Below, piece after piece: positions 28,634-38,033 of a DNA stretch of 64,000 nt. The DNA is taken from NCBI GenBank assembly GCA_041288095.1, contig JBGGMJ010000136.1, positions 1 to 64,000 of the forward strand, written 5' to 3'. Below the pieces are notes generated by a model. That model did no database searches and was not told where the DNA came from. It saw only the letters and a program-made list of their open reading frames with translations. Position numbers and translations under genes: made by a program. Each line of letters opens with the position of its first letter. The first letter of the stretch is position 1. This DNA is from Myxococcota bacterium (GTDB lineage: Bacteria > Myxococcota > XYA12-FULL-58-9 > JALHOP01).

Positions 28634-30348
28634 AAGAGCTTCTCGACCTCCGCGGTCGTGAGCCTGCGATGCACCGGGGGGCAATGGTCGGTGGCGCTGG
28701 CGCCGTCGCTCTCGTCGAGAGCGGCGAGCAAGCCGTCTATGGTCCCGGTCAGCGCCGGCGCATGGCGAGCGCAGCGCGCGAGTATCTCGTCCTGTGATGC
28801 GCCCATGCTCGCGATGAGCTCCGCCACCAACGCCGTGACATCCGCCCCGACGAGCGGCGCCGGGAGGCCACGCACCGCGAAGCGCTCCGGACCCACGGGC
28901 TCGATCTCGAAGCCATACGCCGCGAGGCTCTCCCAGTGCTCCTCGAGCTCGGTCGAGGCCGCGATCGTCTCGGGAAAGAGCAACGGCTGCGAGGCAATGG
29001 TTCCGTTCGCCGTCTCCCGCCGCAAGCGCTCGTAGGCGATGCGCTGATGCGCCGCGCGCTCGTCGATCAAGACCAGGTCGCCTTCGCCTTCACAAACGAT
29101 GTAGCGGCCCAGAGCCTCACCAATCGGCGTCAGGCCGGCGAAATACCCTTGGCGATCGAGCGGCAGCTCCATCGGGACATAGTGCGAAGGTTCCCGCGGT
29201 CGGTCCGCGATCGACGAGACGGGTCGCTCCGGGGCCGTCGGATAGCGCCACGGCTCCGGCTCCTTTTCGAAGTACGCCTCGGTCGCGCGCCGGACCCCCG
29301 CGAGGTGCCCCTGCATCCAAGGCGTCCCAGAGAGCACTCCCGTCAGCGCGGCGCCGATGACCCGGAACACCACCTGTCCATCGCGAAACCGCACCTCGAG
29401 CTTCTGCGGGTGCACGTTCACGTCGACCGCGTCCGCCGCGACCTCGATATGCACCACGCACACCGGGTAGCGGCCGCGCTCCACCAACGAGCGGTAGCCA
29501 TCGAGCACTGCCCGTTGCAGCATGCGGTCGCGTACGAACCGCCCATTGACGAAGAACCACAAGCCCTTGGTGTCGCCGCGGGCGGCCTCGGGGTCAGTCA
29601 CGTAGCCGCTGATGTGGACGTCATCGCGTGTCAGCGAAAACGGATAAACCTTGTCGACCTTGGCCCCCAGCGCGGCGATCAAGCGCGCTTCGTCGGTTGC
29701 GTCCTCGGGCACATCGAGGAGCCGCCGCTCGCCGTTGGTCACGACGATGCCGCATTCGCTCGCTCCGAGCACGACGCGGAGCGCGGCTTCGACGACGTGG
29801 GCCTGCTCGGTGGCGGGCGAGCGCATGAACTTGCGCCGTGCCGGGGTGTTGAAGAACAGGTCATCCACCTCGATGCAGGTGCCGACCGGGGCTCCGACCT
29901 CGGTGACGCTCTCGACCTCGCCCGCGACCGCCCTGATGCGCGTCGCCGTCACATCGAGCGCACGCCGCGTCGTCAATGTCAGGCGCGAGATCGAAGCGAT
30001 CGACGACAGGGCCTCGCCGCGAAACCCCAGCGTGCGAATCGCGAACAGATCATCGGGGTGCGCGAGCTTGCTGGTCGCGTGGCGCAAGAGCGAAGTCTTG
30101 GCGTCGCGCGGTGACATCCCGCGGCCATCGTCCTCGACGGCGATGCGTGACAACCCACCCTCGACGACGTCGACCTTGATGTGGCGGGCACCGGCGTCGA
30201 TGGCGTTCTCGACCAGCTCTTTGACGACGGATGCGGGACGCTCGATGACCTCACCCGCCGCGATGCGGTCGATGAGGTCGCTCGGCAAGACGCGAATCCG
30301 CGCCTCGTCGGTCGTGTCCCGTGTCGTCGCGCTCAAGCCGTCGACCAT
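28630..30348 (-). CDS. mutL: DNA mismatch repair protein MutL
   Basis: IAAGEVIERPASVVKELVENAIDAGA, HATSK, GFRGEALSSI, DLFFNTPARRKF, DVNVHPQK. Confidence 0.93.
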   Translation of the reverse strand: MVDGLSATTRDTTDEARIRVLPSDLIDRIAAGEVIERPASVVKELVENAIDAGARHIKVDVVEGGLSRIAVEDDGRGMSPRDAKTSLLRHATSKLAHPDDLFAIRTLGFRGEALSSIASISRLTLTTRRALDVTATRIRAVAGEVESVTEVGAPVGTCIEVDDLFFNTPARRKFMRSPATEQAHVVEAALRVVLGASECGIVVTNGERRLLDVPEDATDEARLIAALGAKVDKVYPFSLTRDDVHISGYVTDPEAARGDTKGLWFFVNGRFVRDRMLQRAVLDGYRSLVERGRYPVCVVHIEVAADAVDVNVHPQKLEVRFRDGQVVFRVIGAALTGVLSGTPWMQGHLAGVRRATEAYFEKEPEPWRYPTAPERPVSSIADRPREPSHYVPMELPLDRQGYFAGLTPIGEALGRYIVCEGEGDLVLIDERAAHQRIAYERLRRETANGTIASQPLLFPETIAASTELEEHWESLAAYGFEIEPVGPERFAVRGLPAPLVGADVTALVAELIASMGASQDEILARCARHAPALTGTIDGLLAALDESDGASATDHCPPVHRRLTTAEVEKLF

Positions 30349-30391
30349 GCCCGATGGGCGACCAGATGGGCAATCGCGCCGAGCGAGGTCT

Positions 30392-31282
30392 CTAGAGGCA
30401 GACGCGGTTGCGACCGCCTTGCTTGGCTTCATAGAGCTTCGCGTCCGCCTGCGCGATGAAGTCGGTGCCGGTGATGTCCTGCTCGCCGCGCCCCGCCGTG
30501 CGAATGCCGAGGCTCACGGTCACCTTGATGCGCTTTTGCGCGAACATGAAGTGCTTCTCTTCGATCTTCGAGCGCAGCTTCTCGCAAACCTGCGCCGCGC
30601 CCTCGAGCTCGACCTCGGGCAAGATGAGCGAGAACTCTTCTCCGCCATAGCGGGCAAAGACGTCTTCGCGGCGAATGTTCTGCGACACGATGTTCGCAAG
30701 CTCACGCAACACGTAGTCGCCGGCCAGGTGGCCGTGAGTGTCGTTGATCTGCTTGAAGTGATCGATGTCGAACATGACGAGCGACATGGCGCGGCCGTAG
30801 CGCTGAGAGCGGTTGAGCTCGCGCTCGAGCGTCTCCTGGAAGTAGCGCTTGTTGTAGGCCTGTGTGAGACCGTCGATGGTCGTCAGGCGGTAGATCTCTT
30901 CGTGGAACTTGCTCTCGATGTTCGAGCCCGAGAGGTACTTGAAGATGGTCTGGCCGAGGCGGATGACGTCGCCGTCGCGCAGCTCGCGCTCCTCGGCCGC
31001 CTCGTCGTTGACGAAAGTGCCGTTGGTCGAGCCCATATCGAAGAGCGTGAAGCGGCCGGCGCTGTTCACGATCTTGCAGTGCTGGCGCGAAATGCTGTCC
31101 TGGTCGACCTGGATGTTCGCTGACTCGGAGCGGCCGATGATCTGCTCGGGTCGGTCCAAGAAGTAACGGCGGCCGATGTTGGCGCCGTAGAAGACCACCA
31201 AGCAAGCCTGCCCGCTTGGACGTACGCGCTCGCCAAGGCCCTGCGTAACAACGGTTACGACGGTTTCGCGTTCACGAGCCAT
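30392..31282 (-). CDS. FHA-GGDEF diguanylate cyclase
   Basis: FHA IGR..ISRQH..GSTNGT; DGLT, DIDHFKQINDTHGHLAGD, I-site RRED, RYGGEEF. Confidence 0.92.
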   Translation of the reverse strand: MARERETVVTVVTQGLGERVRPSGQACLVVFYGANIGRRYFLDRPEQIIGRSESANIQVDQDSISRQHCKIVNSAGRFTLFDMGSTNGTFVNDEAAEERELRDGDVIRLGQTIFKYLSGSNIESKFHEEIYRLTTIDGLTQAYNKRYFQETLERELNRSQRYGRAMSLVMFDIDHFKQINDTHGHLAGDYVLRELANIVSQNIRREDVFARYGGEEFSLILPEVELEGAAQVCEKLRSKIEEKHFMFAQKRIKVTVSLGIRTAGRGEQDITGTDFIAQADAKLYEAKQGGRNRVCL

Positions 31283-31291
31283 ATGCTGCGA

Positions 31292-32653
31292 TCAGGATAC
31301 CCGATTTTTGACTGCTTCACGTGTCAGAACGCGATCGGCATCGCGCTCGTAACCCGGCCGGCCAAGCAGCCCGGCGGCCATACGCTTCCCTGCCTCGATG
31401 CCCGGCTCGTCGAATGGATTGATGCCCATGGTGTACCCGGTGCAGGCGCAAGCCGCCTCGAGAAGGACGAACAAGCCCCCGATGTGGGTGGCGTCGACCT
31501 GGTCGAGCCCGATGTCGAGCACTGGAACTCCTGCATCAAGCAACATCGCACGGGTGGCCCGCAATTCCGCCGCCAGCACCTCCGACAGGTCGCGCCCGCC
31601 GAGAAACGCGGCTTCCTCGCGGTCCGACAGCTCGTCAGGGACCGGCAAGGCGCGCTGGAACTTCTTCACCTTGACGAGCATCACGGCCTTGTCCTTGGGC
31701 CCTTCGATGAAGAGCTGCAGCTGCGCGTGCTGATCGGTGACACCGAGCGCCGGCACCGGGGTCTGTCCGGCGTTGACCACCTGGCCATGACGGTCGAGGC
31801 GCTTCCCCAGTGACTCCGCCCAGAGCTGAACGAACCAGCTGGTGACGACGCGCAGCGAGTCGGCGTAGGGCATCATCACCAGGGTGCGACGCGAGAGCTC
31901 ACGCTCGACGAGCACCGCCCAAGCCGCCATCAAGGTCGCTGGGTTCTGTTGCAGGTCGTCGCTGGTGACGCGCTCGACCATGTCGGCGGCGCCTTGCAGG
32001 ACCTCGCGGACGTCGACGCCACAGAACGCCGCCGGCAAGAGCCCGACGGGCGACAGAACGCTATAGCGGCCGCCAACGTTTTCTGGGATCTCGAAAGCGC
32101 GGATGCCCTCGCTATCGGCGACCTCGCGCAACAGGCCCGAGCTCTTGGCGGTGATGAAGGTCATGCGCGAGCGGGCTTCGCCAGCGCCGAGCGTCACCCG
32201 CAGCCAGCGACGCATGACGAGGAGCTGCGCCAAGGTCTCGACCGTACCACCACTCTTGCTGATGACGACGACCGCGCTGCGCGAGGGATCGAGGCGATCG
32301 AGCAACATGCCGACCGAGTCAGGATCGATGTTGTCGAGGAAGTGAACGCGCCCAGGCCGCTCGGTGGTGTGGCGGAGCGCCGCCGTGAGGGCCTGGCCGC
32401 CCATGCTCGAGCCGCCGATGCCGAGGACGACCAGATCGTCGGCAATCGAGCGCAGCCTGTTCACCTCGTTGGTGACCGAGCGCAGGAGGTCGTTGCGGGC
32501 CGGCAGGTCGTAGAAGCCGACGTCCCCACCGCGCCGGCTCATGAGCTCCCGGTGCGCCGTCTTGAGCGACGGTGCCAACTTCGCGAGTGCGTCCCGCGAC
32601 AGGCCTTGCTCGAGGACCGGCGCAAACAGCCCGTCGATGCCGACCGAGATCAT
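31292..32653 (-). CDS. pgi: glucose-6-phosphate isomerase
   Basis: GIGGS, SKSGGTVET, VGGRYSV, QLWAESLGK, DQHAQLQ, NPFDEPGIEAGK. Confidence 0.93.
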   Translation of the reverse strand: MISVGIDGLFAPVLEQGLSRDALAKLAPSLKTAHRELMSRRGGDVGFYDLPARNDLLRSVTNEVNRLRSIADDLVVLGIGGSSMGGQALTAALRHTTERPGRVHFLDNIDPDSVGMLLDRLDPSRSAVVVISKSGGTVETLAQLLVMRRWLRVTLGAGEARSRMTFITAKSSGLLREVADSEGIRAFEIPENVGGRYSVLSPVGLLPAAFCGVDVREVLQGAADMVERVTSDDLQQNPATLMAAWAVLVERELSRRTLVMMPYADSLRVVTSWFVQLWAESLGKRLDRHGQVVNAGQTPVPALGVTDQHAQLQLFIEGPKDKAVMLVKVKKFQRALPVPDELSDREEAAFLGGRDLSEVLAAELRATRAMLLDAGVPVLDIGLDQVDATHIGGLFVLLEAACACTGYTMGINPFDEPGIEAGKRMAAGLLGRPGYERDADRVLTREAVKNRVS

Positions 32654-32687
32654 GCTGCCAAGGGCTTATGAGAGCCTTAAGGGAGGG

Positions 32688-33548
32688 TCAAGGCGGGAGG
32701 AGACTCAGGGGGTTTTCGGCGGCCACCCCGCGACGCACCTCGAAGTGCAAATGAGGCCCCGTAGCGTGTCCTGTGGACCCTAGGGTCGCGATCGCCTGGC
32801 CTTGCTTCACCCGCTGGCCTTTGTTCACCAGATTCTTGGCGTTGTGCGCATAGACGGTCACCAGGCTCCCGGCGTGGCGCACCAACACGAGGTTGCCGTA
32901 GCTGCCGTGGGTGTCGGCGAAGATGACGTCACCAGCGGCAGCGGCCTTGATGGCGGTGCCGGGCGCCGCGCCGATGTCGACGCCGTCGTGACCCTTGCCG
33001 TTGCGCGAGCCGAAGCGGGAAGTGACCACGCCCTCGACCGGCCAGACGAGCTGGTACTTGCGCTTACCGACGGGGCCAGAGAGCGGCGAGCCGGAGACCG
33101 CGCTCTTGCCGACGGGGATGGGCGTCGCGGGCGTCACGAGGGTGGACGTCTTGCTCGGCGCTTCGGCCTCTGGAGACGTGGCGTTACGAGCTTTGAGCGC
33201 CGCGAGAGCCGCTTGGGTCTTCGCCGACGGACCCGCGCTCTCGGGGGCCATGCCACCGCCAACCACGAGCGTTTGCCCTACCCTGACGCTGTTACCGTCG
33301 AGGTTGTTCTTGGCGCGCAGGTCGGTGACCGACATGGCGAAGCGCTGCGAGATCCGCCAAAGCGTATCGCCCGGCTGCACCACGTATTGGCTGGCCTGGG
33401 CGGCGACCGCGGCGCCGGCCGAACGCGTGGCGACGTCGACGTGAGCCCCGATTCCCGGCGTCGTGCCGACGAGCGGCGCGGCGTAGGCGCTCGCGCACCA
33501 GGTCGAGAACAGGAAAATGCCGAGCAGCGCTTGTGACCAACGAACCAC
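32688..33548 (-). CDS. LysM + M23 peptidase (NlpD-like position after surE)
   Basis: signal peptide, LysM YVVQPGDTLWRISQRF, M23 HDGVD..YAHN..GPHLHFEVR. Confidence 0.88.
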   Translation of the reverse strand: MVRWSQALLGIFLFSTWCASAYAAPLVGTTPGIGAHVDVATRSAGAAVAAQASQYVVQPGDTLWRISQRFAMSVTDLRAKNNLDGNSVRVGQTLVVGGGMAPESAGPSAKTQAALAALKARNATSPEAEAPSKTSTLVTPATPIPVGKSAVSGSPLSGPVGKRKYQLVWPVEGVVTSRFGSRNGKGHDGVDIGAAPGTAIKAAAAGDVIFADTHGSYGNLVLVRHAGSLVTVYAHNAKNLVNKGQRVKQGQAIATLGSTGHATGPHLHFEVRRGVAAENPLSLLPP

Positions 33549-33601
33549 AGCGCACCCTAACGTGGGGCCATGTGGTCGCGCCAACTTTTTGCCGGGGAAC
33601 T

Positions 33602-34429
33602 TCAGGGCTTTTTCATCACCGGATGCGGCAGCGGCGAGTTTCCCAGCCGATCGGGCGCGCGCGGGAAGCCGTCGATCTCGATGGTCCGGGTGACCTCGAG
33701 CGAGCGGTAGTCCGTGAGATCGTAGTGGATGGGCGTGATCGCCACGAGACCGTCCGCGATAGCGTTCACGTCGCTGTCGGGGATGTCGTCGTGACCTTGG
33801 CGCGTACCGCCAATCCAGTAGTACGGCCGGCCGCGCGGGTCGACGCGCTCGGCGACCTTGTCGGCCCAATTGTTGAAGCCGAGACGGCAGACCTTGGTGC
33901 CTTTGATCTGATCGAGCGGACGGTTCGGCACGTTGACGTTCAAGAGCACGCCGCGCGGCAAGGTCACGTGCTCGAGCGAGGCGACGAGCCGCGCCACGAT
34001 CTCGGCGGCGGTCTCGAAGTGCGGCTCCTGCGCCTCGGCGGCGTTTTCACCGAGGCACAGCGACACCGCGATGGCCTTGAAGCCAAACATCGCGGCTTCC
34101 ATCGCCGCGGACACGGTCCCCGAATAGATGACGTCGTTCCCGAGGTTCGGTCCGTGGTTGATGCCGCTCACCACGATGTCCGGCCCCTGCTTCAGGATGT
34201 GATGCAGACCCACATAGACGGAGTCTGTGGGTGTCCCACTTACCGAGAACTCGCGCTCCCCAACCTTGCGAACCCGCAACGGCACGTGCAGCGAAATCGA
34301 GTGCGACGTAGCGCTCTGCTCGCGGTCAGGAGCGGTCACCCAGACCTCACCAAGGTCCGCCAGCCGTCCCGCGAGGGTCCGGAGCCCCCGAGCATGAATC
34401 CCATCGTCGTTCGCGAGAAGCAGCCTCAT
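33602..34429 (-). CDS. surE: 5'/3'-nucleotidase SurE
   Basis: LLANDDGIHARG, SGTPTD, SGINHGPNLG..YSGTVSAA, DPRGRPYYW. Confidence 0.95.
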   Translation of the reverse strand: MRLLLANDDGIHARGLRTLAGRLADLGEVWVTAPDREQSATSHSISLHVPLRVRKVGEREFSVSGTPTDSVYVGLHHILKQGPDIVVSGINHGPNLGNDVIYSGTVSAAMEAAMFGFKAIAVSLCLGENAAEAQEPHFETAAEIVARLVASLEHVTLPRGVLLNVNVPNRPLDQIKGTKVCRLGFNNWADKVAERVDPRGRPYYWIGGTRQGHDDIPDSDVNAIADGLVAITPIHYDLTDYRSLEVTRTIEIDGFPRAPDRLGNSPLPHPVMKKP

Positions 34430-34581
34430 TGCGCCGACGCCTCTAGCAACCCCACACCCACCCAGCAAGTGCGGGGCGGGGCGACAACGCTGCGCAGCTT
34501 AGACGGGAACGATCGTGCTCCCCCCGTCCCGCGCTCTGCCTCCGAAGATGTCTCGGCGAACAAGCGGTGCGGAAATTCTGA

Positions 34582-34656
34582 TCGGGGCGAGAGGATTTGA
34601 ACCTCCGACCCCTTGACCCCCAGTCAAGTGCGCTAACCAGGCTGCGCTACGCCCCG
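34582..34656 (-). tRNA. tRNA-Pro(GGG), CCA not encoded
   Basis: CGGGGCGTAGCGCAGCCTGGTTAGCGCACTTGACTGGGGGTCAAGGGGTCGGAGGTTCAAATCCTCTCGCCCCGA. Confidence 0.95.
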
Positions 34657-34819
34657 ATCAATGTGGGTGGGCGTGTAACGCAGTCGACCCCGCGAGCGCA
34701 AGCCTTCGATTTCCGCTCGCTAAAATCGATAGTTGCGCCGTACTTACGTTTGACGGGTATGTAGGCCTGCGAGTATTTTTTGGAGTGTGGCCGGTGTCGG
34801 GGGGCATTTGGTCGATGCG

Positions 34820-35728
34820 ATGCGTAACCAACACTACGCGCTGATCATCCTCGACTCGAACGGTCGCACCGTCGGCCGTCGTCGCATCGCGCGTTCCACG
34901 CTAAAGCGGACAGCCATCGCCGCCGGCGTCTTCGTCTTCCTTTGCATGGCGGCGGCGGTACACGCGCTCATCGCGCGGCCGCAGGCCCGCGCCTCGCATG
35001 CCCTGTCCCTCGAGAACGCCGACTTGCGCGAGCTCACCCGCAGGCTCGACGACCAGATCCCCGAGCTGCGTCGCATCGCGCTCGGCGCCGGAGTCGAGTT
35101 CGATCAAGTCTGGGCGAAGAGCGGCCTCGGCGTGCAAGCTCGCGGGCTCGCCGTCGGTCCGGTCGGGTCCTCCGCGAAAACGGACGCGTCACCGGAGGTC
35201 AAGAGCGTCATCTCGACCATGGAGCCCATCGAGCTGCCGCTCGAATACGAGCGCATCCTCGGAGACGGCCGCAAAGCCCGCGCCGAGCTCGGCGAGCTGC
35301 TCGAGTACTTCCACGATGCCGAGCGCATGCTCTCGAACACGCCGTCGCTGCGCCCTGCCCGCTCTCCTTGGATCACCAGCGGCTTCGGCCGGCGCAACGA
35401 CCCCGTCCATGGTGGCCTCGCGGTGCACAAAGGCATCGACATCGGCGGCCAAAACGGCACCGAGGTGTTCGCTCCAGCGGACGGCACCATCATCTTCGTG
35501 GGCAGGCGTGGCGGTTACGGCAACGTCATCGTCGTCGACCACGGCTACGGTTTGCAGACGCACTACGCCCACTTGAGCAAGTTCCGCTGCCACGTGGGCG
35601 ATGCCGTGAAGCGCGGCGATACCCTCGCCGACATGGGCAGCACCGGTAAGTCGACGGGACCGCACTTGCACTACGAGGTGCGACGTTTTGGTCGCCCGCT
35701 GGACCCGTCCCGCTTTATCCTGGATTGA
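34820..35728 (+). CDS. membrane-anchored M23 family metallopeptidase
   Basis: N-terminal TM, coiled coil, HKGID, YAHL, STGPHLHYEV. Confidence 0.9.
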   Translation: MRNQHYALIILDSNGRTVGRRRIARSTLKRTAIAAGVFVFLCMAAAVHALIARPQARASHALSLENADLRELTRRLDDQIPELRRIALGAGVEFDQVWAKSGLGVQARGLAVGPVGSSAKTDASPEVKSVISTMEPIELPLEYERILGDGRKARAELGELLEYFHDAERMLSNTPSLRPARSPWITSGFGRRNDPVHGGLAVHKGIDIGGQNGTEVFAPADGTIIFVGRRGGYGNVIVVDHGYGLQTHYAHLSKFRCHVGDAVKRGDTLADMGSTGKSTGPHLHYEVRRFGRPLDPSRFILD

Positions 35729-35738
35729 TCGCCGCGCA

Positions 35739-37049
35739 GTGAGCACCGCACCCCAGCTCAAGCGTGTCTTGGGGCCCGTTCATCTCTGGGCCATCGCCGT
35801 CGGCCTGGTGATCAGCGGCGACTACTTCGGTTGGAACTATGGGCTCGCCAAGGGTGGGCCGCTCGGCATGATGGCGGCGACGCTCATCATCACCGTCCTC
35901 TACGTGTGTTTCATCTTCAGCTACACCGAGCTGTCGACCGCGATCCCGCACAGCGGCGGGCCCTACGCCTTCGCGCGCCGCGCCTTTGGACCGTTCGTTG
36001 GCTACATCGCCGGCATCGCCACGCTCATCGAGCTGGTGTTCGCCCCCCCGGCCATCGCCCGGGCAATCGGCGCCTATGTCCACTTTCGCGTCCCCGAGCT
36101 GCCGGTCAACGCCGTGGCCATCGGCGCCTTCGCGCTCTTCTGCGGTATCAACGCCGTGGGCGTCGGCATCGCCGCGACCTTCGAGCTGGTGATCACCGCG
36201 GTGGCGGCGTTCGAGCTCTTTCTCTTCTTCACGCTCACCGGGCCCAGTGTCGACGTGTCGCGCATCATCGACGCGGGTCTGCCGTTCGGCGCCCGCGGCA
36301 TCTTCGACGCCATCCCGTTCGCCATCTGGTTCTATCTGGCCATCGAGGGTGTCGCCATGAGCGCCGAGGAAGTGAAGCGCCCCGAGCGCGACATCCCCAT
36401 CGGCTACGTCGCCGGCATTCTCACCCTCGTTACCCTCGCGCTGGGCACCCTCGTGTGCACGACCGGCGTCCTCCCTTGGGAGGCGCTCACCCAGGACGAC
36501 TCGCCACTCCCGAAGGCGCTCGCGGCCGTGCTCAGTCCAAGCCACCCGATGACCCATCTCATGGTCTATCTCGGCCTCTTCGGACTGATCGCTTCGCTGC
36601 ACGGCATCATCATGGGTTACTCGCGCCAGGTCTTTGCCCTCGCCCGCGACGATTTGCTGCCAAGCTTTCTCGCGCGCGTGCATCCGCGCTTCGGCACGCC
36701 GGTGTTCGCCATCGTCGTGCCGGGAGCCATTGGCTGCGCCGCCGTCCTCACGGAGCGCACCGACGCCATCATCACGCTGAGCGTCTTGGGCGCGGTGACC
36801 CTCTACATGGTCAGCATGCTCTCGCTCTTCAAGCTCCGGACGCGTGAGCCGAGCCTCGCACGGCCGTTCCGGGCCCCGCTCTATCCGGTGACGCCGGCGA
36901 TAGCGCTATGCCTCTCCGCTATCGCGTTCATCGCGGTGGTAGCGAGCGACGTCACGGTGGCGCTGATCTATCTCGCGCTGCTGGTGGTCGCCGCGCTCGC
37001 CTACTACGGTTCTTCGTCCACCAAGCGAATGAGCTCGCGCAGCCCCTGA
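35739..37049 (+). CDS. eat: APC-family amino acid permease, ethanolamine permease-like
   Basis: LWAIAVGLVISGDYFGWNYG, SYTELSTAIPHSGGPYAFARRAFG, PFAIWFYLAIEG. Confidence 0.8.
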   Translation: MSTAPQLKRVLGPVHLWAIAVGLVISGDYFGWNYGLAKGGPLGMMAATLIITVLYVCFIFSYTELSTAIPHSGGPYAFARRAFGPFVGYIAGIATLIELVFAPPAIARAIGAYVHFRVPELPVNAVAIGAFALFCGINAVGVGIAATFELVITAVAAFELFLFFTLTGPSVDVSRIIDAGLPFGARGIFDAIPFAIWFYLAIEGVAMSAEEVKRPERDIPIGYVAGILTLVTLALGTLVCTTGVLPWEALTQDDSPLPKALAAVLSPSHPMTHLMVYLGLFGLIASLHGIIMGYSRQVFALARDDLLPSFLARVHPRFGTPVFAIVVPGAIGCAAVLTERTDAIITLSVLGAVTLYMVSMLSLFKLRTREPSLARPFRAPLYPVTPAIALCLSAIAFIAVVASDVTVALIYLALLVVAALAYYGSSSTKRMSSRSP

Positions 37050-37576
37050 CGGACGCGCTCGATCTTGTCGTGCGACGCGCCCGCGAAGCGGAGCGGCAGA
37101 CCAGTGTCGGCCGCGATGCTGGGCATGTCTTTGCGCCGCTGCTGGAAGATGGGTGCGTCGAGACGCACGTCATCGCCGCTCGGATCCGGGTTGGTCACGA
37201 TGGTCGCGCGCGGGCTGCTCTCGGGCAGTGGCACCGCTTCCATGTCGCCCGGCTCGGGCGGGGGCAGCGCGCCGCCCTTTTCACCAGCCATGATGCGCTT
37301 GCGCGCCCCGGCCAAGGTGTAGCGCTCTTCGTGAAGGAGCCGGCGGATCTCACGAAAGATCTCGACGTCGCGATAGCGATAGCGCCGTTGATTCGAGGCC
37401 GACTTCCCAGGCCGAATCGACGGCACCTCTTTTTCCCAGTAGCGCAAGACGTGGGCGCGCACTCCGACGAGCTGCGACACCTCACCGATTTTGAAATACA
37501 GCTTCTCCGGGATCGGCGATTCAGGGCCGAGCTTGCGACTTTTGGGTCGCCCGCCGAGTGGCAGCTCGCCCTGCAA
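37004..37576 (-). CDS. MerR family transcriptional regulator
   Basis: IPEKLYFKIGEVS..HVLRYWEKE..RRY; usual position downstream of ihfA. Confidence 0.87.
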   Translation of the reverse strand: MQGELPLGGRPKSRKLGPESPIPEKLYFKIGEVSQLVGVRAHVLRYWEKEVPSIRPGKSASNQRRYRYRDVEIFREIRRLLHEERYTLAGARKRIMAGEKGGALPPPEPGDMEAVPLPESSPRATIVTNPDPSGDDVRLDAPIFQQRRKDMPSIAADTGLPLRFAGASHDKIERVRQGLRELIRLVDEEP

Positions 37577-37578
37577 GG

Positions 37579-37923
37579 CTACGCCTCGTCTTCTTCGTCG
37601 TCGTCATCGTCGTCGTCACCATCGGTAACGGCGCCGGCGACTCCGTCGTTGAGCGCGAGCTTCAAGACCTGCGAGGGTTTGAAGGCGAGAACGCGGCGCG
37701 CCGAGATCTCGATCACGTCTCCGGTCTGCGGGTTGCGACCAACGCGCGAGCGCTTGTCACGCACCTCGAAGTTTCCGAAGCCGCTGATCTTGATCTTGGA
37801 TCCAGACTCCAGCGTCTCTTTCATGGTGTCGAAGACCATCTCGACGATGTCCGCCGACTCTTTCTTCGAGAAACCAACCTTGGTGTGTACGGCTTCGACA
37901 AGATCTGCCTTCGTCATGGGCAC
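37579..37923 (-). CDS. ihfA: integration host factor subunit alpha, acidic C-terminal tail
   Basis: MTKADLVE, KISGFGNF, RVGRNPQTG, ARRVLAFKPSQVLK; follows pheT. Confidence 0.9.
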   Translation of the reverse strand: MPMTKADLVEAVHTKVGFSKKESADIVEMVFDTMKETLESGSKIKISGFGNFEVRDKRSRVGRNPQTGDVIEISARRVLAFKPSQVLKLALNDGVAGAVTDGDDDDDDDEEDEA

Positions 37924-38033
37924 CTCGTCTCCAGGGGCTACCGTAAGCGCCCATTATAGCGCTCAGGCGTTGATTGCAGCAAGGACGGCTTTTGCGTGCG
38001 ATCGTCGCCACGCAAAATGTGACCGCCGAAGCG

